Shown one piece after another: positions 1-9,459 of a DNA stretch of 64,000 nt. A program made the position numbers and the translations under genes. How positions within the stretch are numbered: position 1 is the first letter of the stretch; the number at the start of each line of letters is the position of its first letter. Below the pieces are notes generated by a model, which saw only the letters and a program-made list of their open reading frames with translations, had not been told where the DNA came from and ran no database searches. Source of the stretch: an uncultured delta proteobacterium. GTDB lineage: Bacteria > Desulfobacterota > Desulfuromonadia > Geobacterales > DSM-12255. The stretch lies in NCBI GenBank assembly GCA_963787125.1, contig CAWBBV010000016.1:32001-96000 (forward strand), read 5' to 3'.

Positions 1-1126
1 TGTAGGCCATGGTTCCCAATGTAAGGAATACTTCGTTGACACTGAAGGTCTGGGAGGGAAACCGTTCCAGGTCCAGATCGTGCTTAAGCTCTTTGTTTGC
101 CTCCTCTGCCGCTCCACGTCCCCGATAGAGTTCGAATGCTCGCTGCGGGGTAACATCTTTGGGCAGGTTGGTGGCCAGTACGTGATAGCGGACATCATTG
201 ATCAGCAGTGGCTCCCCTTTTTCGTCTACAGACTTGATCTGAACGCAGAAGACGAAGCGGCGTGGAATCTTCCAGCCGCTTGGGGTGTACTCGAATTCTC
301 CGTAGAACTCACCACCGAAGTCCGTGACTTTGAGGCTCATAACGTCTACATCGAGATTCTCGTTTACCACCCGGTCCAAAGCGCCACTGGTTCGGGCCTT
401 GACCAGATAGTACGCCCCGGCATCTTCGCTGGCCTGGACAGTTTTGATGCTATAGAGCCCGGCATCGTAGCGAAAGAGGAGCTTGTTTCGATCTATCTTC
501 TCAGGGAGCAGCTCTGCCGTTTCCCTGATAAAATCGTCAATCCGTTCGACAGCTTTCTCTCGTCCTGGCAACAGCCAGTGATTGATGCAGAACCGTTCGC
601 GACCTACAACAGCAAATACGGGGGTATAGCAGAGTTTGCCGTTGTATGTGGTTTGAGCACCTTCTCGTTTGGGCGCAAACTGCTCAAAAATACTTGGATC
701 AATATCGCAAGGGATGTAACCTTCAGCTCCCGGTTCAGCAGTGATGGTTGCCTGGGAAACAATCTTTGCTCCGACCCGCTTGAGACCAGTGATCTGCTCT
801 TTGCCATATTTTTCAAGATGCGTGGCAACAGCCCGTTCTTTTGGGAGTTTGTTAAAGCCAAGCGACTTCTTGAGCAGTTTTTCTTCCCGAGCGAGCCAGG
901 CAAGATCAGTGTAACTAGTCCGGCGTAGGGAAATGTTTAGTAACAGCGGGATCAGATGTTCCTCTTCCCGGAAGCCGTAGTCGATCTTCTTGACCCGCAC
1001 CTCGCTTCTGATTGCTCGAATCAAATCGAGACGGCGTATGAGGGTGGTGAGCAACTCCAATCCTGCTACGGAAGTTAGTGTCTGTCGGGCTGCTACATAC
1101 TGGAAACCAAGATTGTCTTTCACCAT
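1..1126 (-). CDS. IS1380-family DDE transposase (runs off the left edge; absent from the ORF track)
   Basis: Manual translation from ATG at 1126 (AGGAG SD upstream) gives MVKDNLGFQY...LTSVAGL...CDIDPSIF...YNGKLCYTP...RYDAGLYS...YRGRGAAEEANKELKHDL...RFPSQTFSVN. The frame is open to position 1 and the motifs are typical of IS1380 transposases. Confidence 0.85.
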   Translation of the reverse strand, partial: MVKDNLGFQYVAARQTLTSVAGLELLTTLIRRLDLIRAIRSEVRVKKIDYGFREEEHLIPLLLNISLRRTSYTDLAWLAREEKLLKKSLGFNKLPKERAVATHLEKYGKEQITGLKRVGAKIVSQATITAEPGAEGYIPCDIDPSIFEQFAPKREGAQTTYNGKLCYTPVFAVVGRERFCINHWLLPGREKAVERIDDFIRETAELLPEKIDRNKLLFRYDAGLYSIKTVQASEDAGAYYLVKARTSGALDRVVNENLDVDVMSLKVTDFGGEFYGEFEYTPSGWKIPRRFVFCVQIKSVDEKGEPLLINDVRYHVLATNLPKDVTPQRAFELYRGRGAAEEANKELKHDLDLERFPSQTFSVNEVFLTLGTMAY

Positions 1127-1171
1127 TCGGGTGAACTCCTTCACTGCAATTATGTGAAGGATTATAGCATG

Positions 1172-4100
1172 TTACGTTACATTAGCCCAATAGTTTTGCG
1201 GATTGGGGTTAATAAATTCAATCAATGCTATATTTATTAACATTTGACCAACTGTTAATAGTGCAACCAATAATATTCCAAGGCCAATGATGGCTAAGCC
1301 AAATGGTGTTGCAGCAATTAATGTAGTTAATGCAGTCCCCATATAACCTGATAAAATATAGCCTAATACACTTGTTCCACCAGTCCCTAGTAGAGATGAA
1401 AATAAAGTTTTCCCAAGGTTAAAATCAGTGTTATTTATGAGTGAGTCTAATGTTGAAATTAGAAATGAAGACAACACTGTAACTACCAAAGCCGCTACGC
1501 CTAAACCTGACAATGCTAGCAGTACTGATATCAATGTAAATGCTCCCCATAAAAGGTCTTTCCCTAAATTAACCGCACACCCACTAGCCCCCCCGCTAAT
1601 CATATACCCGCCAGCCCCAGTCTCCGGATTGGTAATGATATAACCACACCCATTCCACCCATTGAAGTTGATGTTGGTCTTGGAAACAGTAACAACTTTT
1701 CCGGCATTGACGGCATTGGCGATGTCGTCCTTTGTTTGCTGGTCTACCTGCAACTGCGGCATTACTGTAGCAATATTTGACTGGTTGATTGTATAGATCG
1801 GTATCCCCTGGTCATTGGCAATCTTGAGCGCCTTGACCGTGCTGATTCCTTGCACTGAGTTACTTGGCGTGGAGAAGAGCTTCTCCGGCACATTGTGCTC
1901 CAGCGCCGAGGAAGTCATGCCGCTGGAGAGCATATACTGCTTGGCGGTCTCGCTGTTGCCGTCTTTTGCCTTTACTACCTGCATCAGATAATCAGCATCC
2001 ATATTGAGTCCGCCGGAACTGATATAGCGCGGTATTCCCCAAAGACACATTACTTTGAGCTTGGTGGCGAAGATGGTTTCTGACGGTACGGTGATGGCGT
2101 TGACGTTCATGGTTTTTGCGGCAATGTAGTTCATGGTGCCGAGTTCGGCATGATAGGCCATGGCGGTGGTGTAGAGGAGATCACCGATCAGATCATCTTT
2201 GGTCATGCCGGCGAAGTCGTTGTTCTGCAGTTTTGCTTTGGTAGCTTCCAGTTTTGCTTTGAGCCCGGTTAACTGCTCGGCGCTGATTCGCCCCAGGTTG
2301 AGCCCGATTGCCTGGTACACCCCGGCGTCAATGTAGTTGGTTATCTGGCTTGAGCCGTAAGCCGGGTCGCTGAAGGTCATGGTGGAGATGTTGGTGCCGC
2401 CAAGGCCTACCGGCGCTCCGGTGGCCACTACCTGACCGTCAATCCTGAGTTCCGGTTTGACGTTGATCAGATACGCCGGTAGTTGGCTGGGCAGTTCGCT
2501 TGGCTGTATGGGGGTGCCGTCTGCATGCGGGCTTGGCAGGTAGGAATTGATGACTGCTTCATCCTGGGCGGTTGCCGGACTGTAGCTGAGGGTAATCTTT
2601 TTGCCTGCCAGTTCTGCGAGGCTTTTGGTTATGCTCAGTGAGTTGTCCACCGGTGCCGGTGCTTCGGGATCAATGAAGGTGTTGGATGCTTCGTTCTCTA
2701 CCCTGAAGGAGAGCTTGTGCCGCAAGCTGTCTGGGATGCTTGCAAACGTGCTCCCCTTGACGGCGGTGCGGTACGGCAGGGTACCGAGGAGATGGCGGTA
2801 TTCTTTTTTGATGATCTCTTTTTTGCCGAGGACGTCGCCGACAGTGGCGTTGGCGTGGTTCTGCTGGATGTAGCTCTGTACCCGTGCCTGGTAGTCTTGC
2901 ATGGTCTGCTGGGTGAGGATGGAGTTGATGCCGGTGACGTAGCCTTGAGTTTCGTTGATAGTGGCGGTGGCCTTGATCTGGTCGAGGAACGCTTGAGCGT
3001 CGAAGGGGACTGCTGTCTTGATGTCGATGCCCTGGGTGAAGTTGTACTGCTTGTAGCTCGGATCAAGAGGTATCCAGGTGTCACCCTTGCCGCTTATATG
3101 CTTTGCGCCACGGGAGGGGATGTAGTTGATGAAAGCTTCGACCGAGACATGTTCAAAACGGGCAGCAACGATCTTGCCGCCGCTAACCAGTCCCTTGGTG
3201 GGAATGCCGCCGCTGGACATGAAATCGAGGGCGGACAGTGGGTCGGTGAAGCCTCCGGCCCAGTTCATGACTTTATCAATGGGGAGTTCTACTGTGCCGG
3301 TGACATAGCGGGCATTGATCCCGGCAGCTCGCAGCAGAGCGATGAGGAGGGAACTTGTATCAAAGGAGTTGCCCTGCCTGGTGAGCAGGGTCATCTGCGC
3401 CCCCTGGATGGAGCCCCAGGTGGGGACGAACTCGACGTTGTTCCGTACCCACTCGTAAATCTTTACCGGATTATTCCCCAGCTCCAGAGCCTTGGCCTTT
3501 ATTTCGGGGGTGAGCTGGACTTCTATGTTTTCTGCCAGATCATCGGCAGGCAGCAGGCCGGCAACTGAGCCGTTGGCGGCAACCATGATCCGCTTGGCGC
3601 TCTTCCAGGCATGTTTGTCTTTTTTGAAATCCTTGTCGAAGTCTTCTTTCTTCAGCCGCGGTTCGCGTTTTTGAGCTTTGGGCTGGCGGTGAGGGAGGTT
3701 GTTCGGGTCGAGCTTCTGGTGGCGGGAGGGGGCTTTGGCCCGCTCAAGATGCTGGCGGGTCTTGTCAATGGCAGCTTGCAGCTCGGCATCGTTCTTTGCC
3801 GTTGCCGCCCGCTCAAGGTTCCCTTTCAGTTCAGTCAGGTTGTCATCGTAATGTTTGACGAACTTCTGATGCCGCGCCAAGATCTCGGGCGACATGCCAG
3901 AAGCCTTCAGTTTCTTCTCAGTGGCGGCGAGTTCGCTGCGGATGGCGGTGTCATGGGCGTCCAGCTCCGCTCTGGCAGCGCTCAGCCGCTGTTTTTTGTG
4001 ATCATGGCCGGTTTTGGGATCTTGGAGATCGGCAGTCAGCTCCTCAGTAAGCTTGGCGAAGCGCTCTTCCGCCCCCTCGCTCTTCCTGGTCGGAGTTTCC

Positions 4101-4219
4101 TGGTTCCCCTTTTTAACGGCATCCACCGCCCCGTGGGCAAGGCTAAAGACACCACCTGATGTCCAGGTGAAGAATGACAGTACAACTGCGGCAATGACTC
4201 TTGAGTACTTGCGAAACAT
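1172..4219 (-). CDS. Secreted transglutaminase-like domain protein with variable hydrophobic C-terminal tip (copy 1)
   Basis: 1015 aa. Sec-type signal (MFRKYSRVIAAVVLSFFTW...AHG). TGase-like motifs KIYEWVRNN, GNSFDTSSLLIALLRAAGINARYV, EHVSVE, WIPLDP. Unique hydrophobic tail after GAGGYMISGG. Confidence 0.85.
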   Translation of the reverse strand: MFRKYSRVIAAVVLSFFTWTSGGVFSLAHGAVDAVKKGNQETPTRKSEGAEERFAKLTEELTADLQDPKTGHDHKKQRLSAARAELDAHDTAIRSELAATEKKLKASGMSPEILARHQKFVKHYDDNLTELKGNLERAATAKNDAELQAAIDKTRQHLERAKAPSRHQKLDPNNLPHRQPKAQKREPRLKKEDFDKDFKKDKHAWKSAKRIMVAANGSVAGLLPADDLAENIEVQLTPEIKAKALELGNNPVKIYEWVRNNVEFVPTWGSIQGAQMTLLTRQGNSFDTSSLLIALLRAAGINARYVTGTVELPIDKVMNWAGGFTDPLSALDFMSSGGIPTKGLVSGGKIVAARFEHVSVEAFINYIPSRGAKHISGKGDTWIPLDPSYKQYNFTQGIDIKTAVPFDAQAFLDQIKATATINETQGYVTGINSILTQQTMQDYQARVQSYIQQNHANATVGDVLGKKEIIKKEYRHLLGTLPYRTAVKGSTFASIPDSLRHKLSFRVENEASNTFIDPEAPAPVDNSLSITKSLAELAGKKITLSYSPATAQDEAVINSYLPSPHADGTPIQPSELPSQLPAYLINVKPELRIDGQVVATGAPVGLGGTNISTMTFSDPAYGSSQITNYIDAGVYQAIGLNLGRISAEQLTGLKAKLEATKAKLQNNDFAGMTKDDLIGDLLYTTAMAYHAELGTMNYIAAKTMNVNAITVPSETIFATKLKVMCLWGIPRYISSGGLNMDADYLMQVVKAKDGNSETAKQYMLSSGMTSSALEHNVPEKLFSTPSNSVQGISTVKALKIANDQGIPIYTINQSNIATVMPQLQVDQQTKDDIANAVNAGKVVTVSKTNINFNGWNGCGYIITNPETGAGGYMISGGASGCAVNLGKDLLWGAFTLISVLLALSGLGVAALVVTVLSSFLISTLDSLINNTDFNLGKTLFSSLLGTGGTSVLGYILSGYMGTALTTLIAATPFGLAIIGLGILLVALLTVGQMLINIALIEFINPNPQNYWANVT

Positions 4220-4477
4220 TTATGTCTCCAAAATTACCGTAATTGATTTCCAGAAGTCGGGGCTCAGATCCGTCGGGCAATCGCCAGGAGCCTTAATCTT
4301 GAGAGAAGCGAGAATCTGCCCTTCTTCGGGATCGGTGAAGTCAATATCGTCACCCATCTCGACAAAACAATCCGTATCTTCCGGCAACCTGATCATTTGC
4401 AGCAGAGCATAACGGACCTGATAGAGATAGCCGAGGGCCTGTTTGCCTGCGGAGAAATTGTCGGTTGTGTCAGCCAT
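4220..4477 (-). pseudogene. Truncated N-terminus resembling ABC-three-component/Lamassu-type nuclease effector proteins
   Basis: 85 aa with SAGKQALGYLYQVRYALL...EMGDDIDF...SLK...DLSPDFWKS. The frame stops directly at the SD/start of copy 1. Family recognised from memory only. Confidence 0.5.
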
Positions 4478-4582
4478 GAGATATCACCTTTAAATTCAAA
4501 GAAATGATAGTCCATGGTTATTGACCCTCCTAAAGAACATATGGCCGTTTCTCCTTTCTCACCAATGTAGACCAGAATAAAT

Positions 4583-4999
4583 TTAATTGGTTACCAACCA
4601 AAAAAGCCCAACAATGTTAGTTGCGATTATTATTATTATTATTTGCCAACCATAAACCCCTGTTTTAAGAGTTGAAATTCTAGGGCATGACTTCGAGTAA
4701 ATTATATCTAAAGGCTCTTTCTTTAATTTCTTATAAAGAGCATCATGTTCAAGTTCATCAATTGTATTATAAATTGGATTCATAAAACTTATCCTGGTTC
4801 CAATGTGTTTATCACTATCCACCGTGTACTCATATTTGATATTAACTGAGACAAAACGTGCCTTTTGCACTTTCAATTCAATTATATTCCCTGTAGCATG
4901 AGGCCAATTTTTTGAAGTTAAGCCTAAATATACAACTAATAATAAATAACTAGTCGAGCAAATCATAATAAGCATAAGCAGCACTGAAAATGCATCCAT
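4583..4999 (-). CDS. DUF3592-like two-TM protein; candidate partner/immunity gene of copy 2
   Basis: AT-rich ORF with an N-terminal TM, SKNWPHATGNI...YEYTVD...GTRI...IIYSKSCPRISTL and a C-terminal TM. ATG 4999 follows GAGG (track starts at 5011). Confidence 0.7.
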   Translation of the reverse strand: MDAFSVLLMLIMICSTSYLLLVVYLGLTSKNWPHATGNIIELKVQKARFVSVNIKYEYTVDSDKHIGTRISFMNPIYNTIDELEHDALYKKLKKEPLDIIYSKSCPRISTLKTGVYGWQIIIIIIATNIVGLFWLVTN

Positions 5000-5076
5000 T
5001 TTGCACCTCACACAAAAGTCTAATTTAAAATTTAGATCATAATTTATGGCGAGTATTTATATAGAGTTATCTATAA

Positions 5077-7060
5077 TCATACTATTTGTCTTTTTATTCC
5101 AAACCTATTAATTGCATAGAGCGCTACACGCAAATCGAGATAAGCAGCTAATGCAATCATAATGTATAAAGCTATTGCTCCTGCTGGTGCTAATATCAAA
5201 GCCGAGCTAAGAGTCACTTGTATTACGAAATTCGCAAAAATGGCACTCCAATTATGATCAATCGACAAACCTTCAGCTCCATCGACAATTCCTGATCCTA
5301 TTAGACTTATAGCTGTTGCAAGAAAAGTAGTTATTGCAACTCCACCAATTTCACCGATCATCAACAATAAACCTATTTCTGGCCCAAAAGTTAAAACTAG
5401 CATGAATAATACAGACCACATCGCAATTATTAAGTATCCACCATTCGACCCCCCACTAATCATGTACCCACCAGCCCCGGTATCCGGGTTAGTGATAATA
5501 TAACCACACCCAATCCAGCCATTGAAGTTGATGTTGGTCTTGGAAACAGTAACAACCTTCCCTGCGTTGACGGCGTTTAGAATATCGTCCTTCACCTGCT
5601 GATCGACCTCCAACTGCCACATTACAGTTCCGATGTTCGCCTGATTAACCGTGTAGATCGGTATCCCCTGGTCATTAGCAATTTTTAGCGCCTTGACCGT
5701 GCTGATCCCTTCGGCTTTGTTGTCCGGTGTGGAGAAGAGCTGTTCCGGGACGCTGTGCTCCAGCGCCGAGGAAGTCATGCCGCTGGAGAGCATATACTGC
5801 TTGGCGGTCTCGCTGTTGCCGTCTTTTGCCTTTACTACCTGCATCAGATAATCAGCATCCATGTTGAGTCCGCCGGAACTGATATAGCGCGGTATTCCCC
5901 AGAGACACATTACCTTGAGCTTGGTGGCGAAGATGGTTTCTGACGGTACGGTGATGGCGTTGACGTTCATGGTTTTTGCCGTGATGTAGTTCATGGTGCC
6001 GAGTTCTGCATGATAGGCCATGGCGGTGGTGTAGAGGAGGTCACCGATCAGATCATCTTTGGTCATGCCGGCGAAGTCGTTGTTCTGCAGTTTTGCTTTG
6101 GTAGCTTCCAGTTTTGCTTTGAGCCCGGTTAACTGCTCGGCGCTGATTCGCCCTAGATTGAGGCCGATGGCCTGATAGACCCCGGCGTCAATGTAGTTGG
6201 TGATCTGGCTTGAGCCGTAGGCAGGGTCGCTGAAGGTCATGGTGGAGATGTTGGTGCCGCCCAGACCTACCGGTGCTCCGGTGGCTACTACCTGCCCGTC
6301 AATTCTGAGTTCGGGTTTGACGTTGATGAGGTATGCCGGGAGCTGGCTGGGCAGTTCGCTTGGCTGTATGGGGGTGCCGTCGGCATGCGGGCTTGGCAGA
6401 TAGGCGTTGATGATAGCTTCGTCCTGAGGGGTGGCCGGGGAGTAGCTTAAGGTTATCTTCTTGCCTGCCAGTTCTGCGAGGCTTTTGGTTATGCTCAGTG
6501 TGTTGTCCACCGGTGACGGTGCATCAGGATCGACGAAGGTGTTTGAGGCTTCGTTCTCTACCCTGAAGGAGAGCTTGTGCCGCAAGCTGTCGGGGATGGT
6601 GGTGAATGTTGCCCCCTTGACAGCGGTGCGGTACGGCAATGTGCCGAGAAGATGGCGGTACTCTTTTTTGATGATCTCTTTCTTGCCAAGAACATCGCCG
6701 ACAGTGGCATTGGCGTGGTTCTGCTGGATATAGCTCTGTACCCGTGCCTGGTAGTCCTGCATGGTCTGCTGGGTGAGGATGGAGTTGATGCCGGTGACGT
6801 ACCCTTGTGTTTCATCAATAGTGGCGCTGGCCTTGATCTGATCAAGGAACCCCTGGGCGTCGAAGGGGACTGCTGTCTTGATGTCGATTCCCTGGGTAAA
6901 GTTGTACTGCTTGTAGCTCGGATCAAGAGGTATCCAGGTGTCACCCTTGCCGTTTACATGCTTTGCTCCACGGGAGGGGATGTAGTTGATGAAGGCTTCG
7001 ACCGAGACATGCTCAAAGCGGGCAGCAACGATCTTGCCTCCGGCAACCAGACCTTTGGTG
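5077..7060 (-). pseudogene. Transglutaminase-like protein copy 2, 3' part (interrupted by IS3 element)
   Basis: Nearly identical to copy 3 from KGLVAGGK onward, with a distinct hydrophobic tip after GGYMISGGSNGG. The track ORF start at 7098 lies inside the IS. Confidence 0.9.
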
Positions 7061-7128
7061 TGAAGTGGTTGCGCTTTATGAGACATGTGTGTAAGCAATG
7101 AACCTCCCTATTTCAAAAGGAGAGTTCA

Positions 7129-7437
7129 ATGCAACAACATCGTACACGTCACAGCGCAGCTTTTAAGGCCAAGGTCGCTTTGGCCGCCTTATCAGAGTCA
7201 AAGACTCTGGCAGAGCTTGCAACCGAGTACCAGGTTCACCCGACCCAGATCACCCGTTGGAAGCAGGATCTGATTGCAAATGCTTCTGACCTTTTTGGCA
7301 AGGGCAAAAAGAAAGAAGTCAACCATGAGGGCGAAGTGGCCGAGCTTCACCGCCTGATCGGCAAGCTCAAGGTTGAGAATGATTTTTTGTCACATCTGCC
7401 CGGGCTGAACTTGGCCGGGCGCAGAAACAACAAGTGA
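7129..7437 (+). CDS. IS3-family transposase OrfA (HTH)
   Basis: RHSAAFKAKVALAAL...LAELATEYQVHPTQITRWK, followed by a leucine-zipper-like segment. Confidence 0.9.
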   Translation: MQQHRTRHSAAFKAKVALAALSESKTLAELATEYQVHPTQITRWKQDLIANASDLFGKGKKKEVNHEGEVAELHRLIGKLKVENDFLSHLPGLNLAGRRNNK

Positions 7438-8270
7438 TCGCCACCGGTCATCCTGAAGTTTCTGTTGAACGCCGCTGCCAGCTTCTGGGTCTGCCTCGTT
7501 CCAGCTATTACCGTGGCCCTGCTTCCGGTCTTCGTTCCGGTGACCTGGAAATGATGCAGCGGATCGACAAACTCTACATGGAGCAGCCCTGGATGGGGAG
7601 CCGCTCACTGGCCAACCACCTCACGACACCTGAAGCACCCTTGGGACGAGATCGTGCCCGTCGCTTGATGCTCATCATGGGTATTGAATCCCTGGCTCCT
7701 CAGCCGGGCACCAGCAAGCGGCAACCGAAGCATCCGGTCTATCCCTATCTGCTGCGGGGAATGACCATTGACAAGCCCAATCAGGTCTGGGCGACTGATA
7801 TCACCTACATCCCCATGGCACGGGGATTCATGTACCTGATAGCGATCATGGACTGGGCCACCAGAAAGGTTCTGTCCTGGCGTCTGTCCAATACGCTGGA
7901 TACCCGATTCTGCGTCGAGGCGCTCAAAGAAGCTCTGTTCAAATACGGTGCCCCGGAGATCTTCAACACCGACCAGGGCTGCCAGTTTACCAGCGAAGCA
8001 TTCACGTCAGTGCTCAAAACCTGGAACATCAAAATCAGCATGGACGGCAAAGGTCGTTTCAGGGACAACATCTTCGTCGAACGGCTCTGGCGCACGCTGA
8101 AGTATGAGAGAATCTACCTGAACGTTTATGAAACGGGAACCGAACTTTCCAAAGACATGACATACTGGTTCAACTGGTACAACGTAACCAGAAAACATAC
8201 ATCTCTTGACAAACTGACACCGGATGAGGCTTATTTCCAAGGACTTGAAAAACTGAAACTGGCAGCCTGA
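7434..8270 (+). CDS. IS3-family transposase OrfB (integrase core)
   Basis: WATDITYI, FNTDQGCQF and DNIFVERLWRTLKYE DDE motifs. GTGA overlap with orfA. Confidence 0.93.
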   Translation: MIATGHPEVSVERRCQLLGLPRSSYYRGPASGLRSGDLEMMQRIDKLYMEQPWMGSRSLANHLTTPEAPLGRDRARRLMLIMGIESLAPQPGTSKRQPKHPVYPYLLRGMTIDKPNQVWATDITYIPMARGFMYLIAIMDWATRKVLSWRLSNTLDTRFCVEALKEALFKYGAPEIFNTDQGCQFTSEAFTSVLKTWNIKISMDGKGRFRDNIFVERLWRTLKYERIYLNVYETGTELSKDMTYWFNWYNVTRKHTSLDKLTPDEAYFQGLEKLKLAA

Positions 8271-8346
8271 AGCCAGAAAACCACAACAACCAAGGGACAT
8301 TGCTTATTTCACCCTTCAGGCTGTCTCACTAAGCCCGGCCACCTCA

Positions 8347-9368
8347 GTGGGAATGCCACCGCTGGACATGAAATCGAGGGCGGACAGTGGGTCGGTGAAG
8401 CCTCCGGCCAAGTTCATGACTTTATCAATGGGGAGTTCTACTGTGCCGGTAACATAGCGGGCATTGATCCCGGCAGCTCTGAGCAGGGCAATGAGGAGGG
8501 AACTTGTGTCAAATGAGTTCCCCTGTCTGGTCAAGAGCGTCATCTGCGCCCCCTGGATGGAGCCCCAGGTGGGGACAAACTCGACGTTGTTACGCACCCA
8601 CTCGTAGATCTTTACCGGATTGTTCCCCAGCTCCAGAGCTTTGGCCTTTATTTCGGGGGTGAGCTGTACTTCTATGTTTTCTACGAGATCATCGGCAGCC
8701 AGTAGGCCGGCAACTGAGCCGTTGGCGGCAACCATGATCCGCTTGGCGCTCTTCCAGGCATGTTTGTCTTTTTTGAAATCCTTGTCGAAGTCTTCTTTCT
8801 TCAGCCGCGGTTCGCGTTTTTGAGCTTTGGGCTGGCGGTGAGGGAGGTTGTTCGGGTCGAGCTTATGATGGCGGGAGGGGGCCTTGACCTTTGCCAGGTG
8901 CTGACGGGTCTTTTCAAACTCAGCCTCTACATCGGTTTTGCTTTTCGCTTTCTCAACACGATCAATGTTCCCCTTCAGCTCGGCAAGGTTGTCGTCGTAG
9001 TGTTTGACGAACTTTTGGTGACGGGTCAGGATCTCTGGCGGCAGTTTGGCGTTCTTGAGCTTCTTTTCGGTGGCAGCAAACTCGCTGCGGATGTCGGCGT
9101 CAAGGGTGTCTAGCTCAATTTTGGCCGCTAGCAGCTTGTCCCGTTTGGCTCCATGAGCCAGTTTTGAATCGGCCAGTGTCTCCCGCAACTCCTCAGTGAG
9201 TTTGGCCAGCTTCTCTTCCGCTCCTTCGGCCTTTTGCGCCGGAACTGCGGTCTTGGCCTTTTTCGCACCATCAACCGCTGCATGGGCAGCGCTGAAAACT
9301 CCGCCGGATGTCCAGGTGAAGATGAAGAGAACCAGTGTGGCAGTTATTTTTGTGAAGCTATGGGGCAT
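8347..9368 (-). pseudogene. Transglutaminase-like protein copy 2, 5' part
   Basis: Signal peptide MPHSFTKITATLVLFIFTWTSGGVFSAAHA; homologous to copies 1 and 3 up to SGGIPT, where it meets the IS end. Removing the IS and one GTG gives an intact ~1000-aa frame. Confidence 0.9.
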
Positions 9369-9459
9369 TTTTATCCCATCTGCCATCTGAATTTATCTGC
9401 TAAGGTAATGTAAAGTCAAGTTGATGCTATTTCTGTAAAAACAAATTATTTATCAGCAG

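Larger units (their letters stand above)
7061..8346 (+). mobile_element. IS3-family insertion sequence, 1286 bp, 3-bp target duplication GTG
   Basis: Imperfect 25-bp terminal IRs: TGAAGTGGTTGCGCTTTATGAGACA and (reverse complement of right end) TGAGGTGGCCGGGCTTAGTGAGACA. GTG at 7058-7060 and 8347-8349. The empty site ACCTTTGGTGGGAATGCC is seen in copy 3 (~12053-12070). Confidence 0.95.

Noticed and set aside
80..928. 282-aa plus-strand ORF
   Set aside because: Antisense shadow of the IS1380 transposase on the minus strand.
1395..1411. GATGAAAATAAAGTTTT resembling a TnsB site (possible Tn7 left end)
   Set aside because: Single copy inside the coding tip of copy 1, with no terminal TGT, no AAGGA flank and no repeat series.
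2717..3568. Repeated 283/174-aa plus-strand ORFs (also 6577-7101 and 11579-12430)
   Set aside because: Antisense shadows that recur only because the carrier genes are duplicated.
7061..7098. Apparent start MLTHMSHKAQPLH of the 673-aa ORF
   Set aside because: Derived from the IS3 left end; not a native start.
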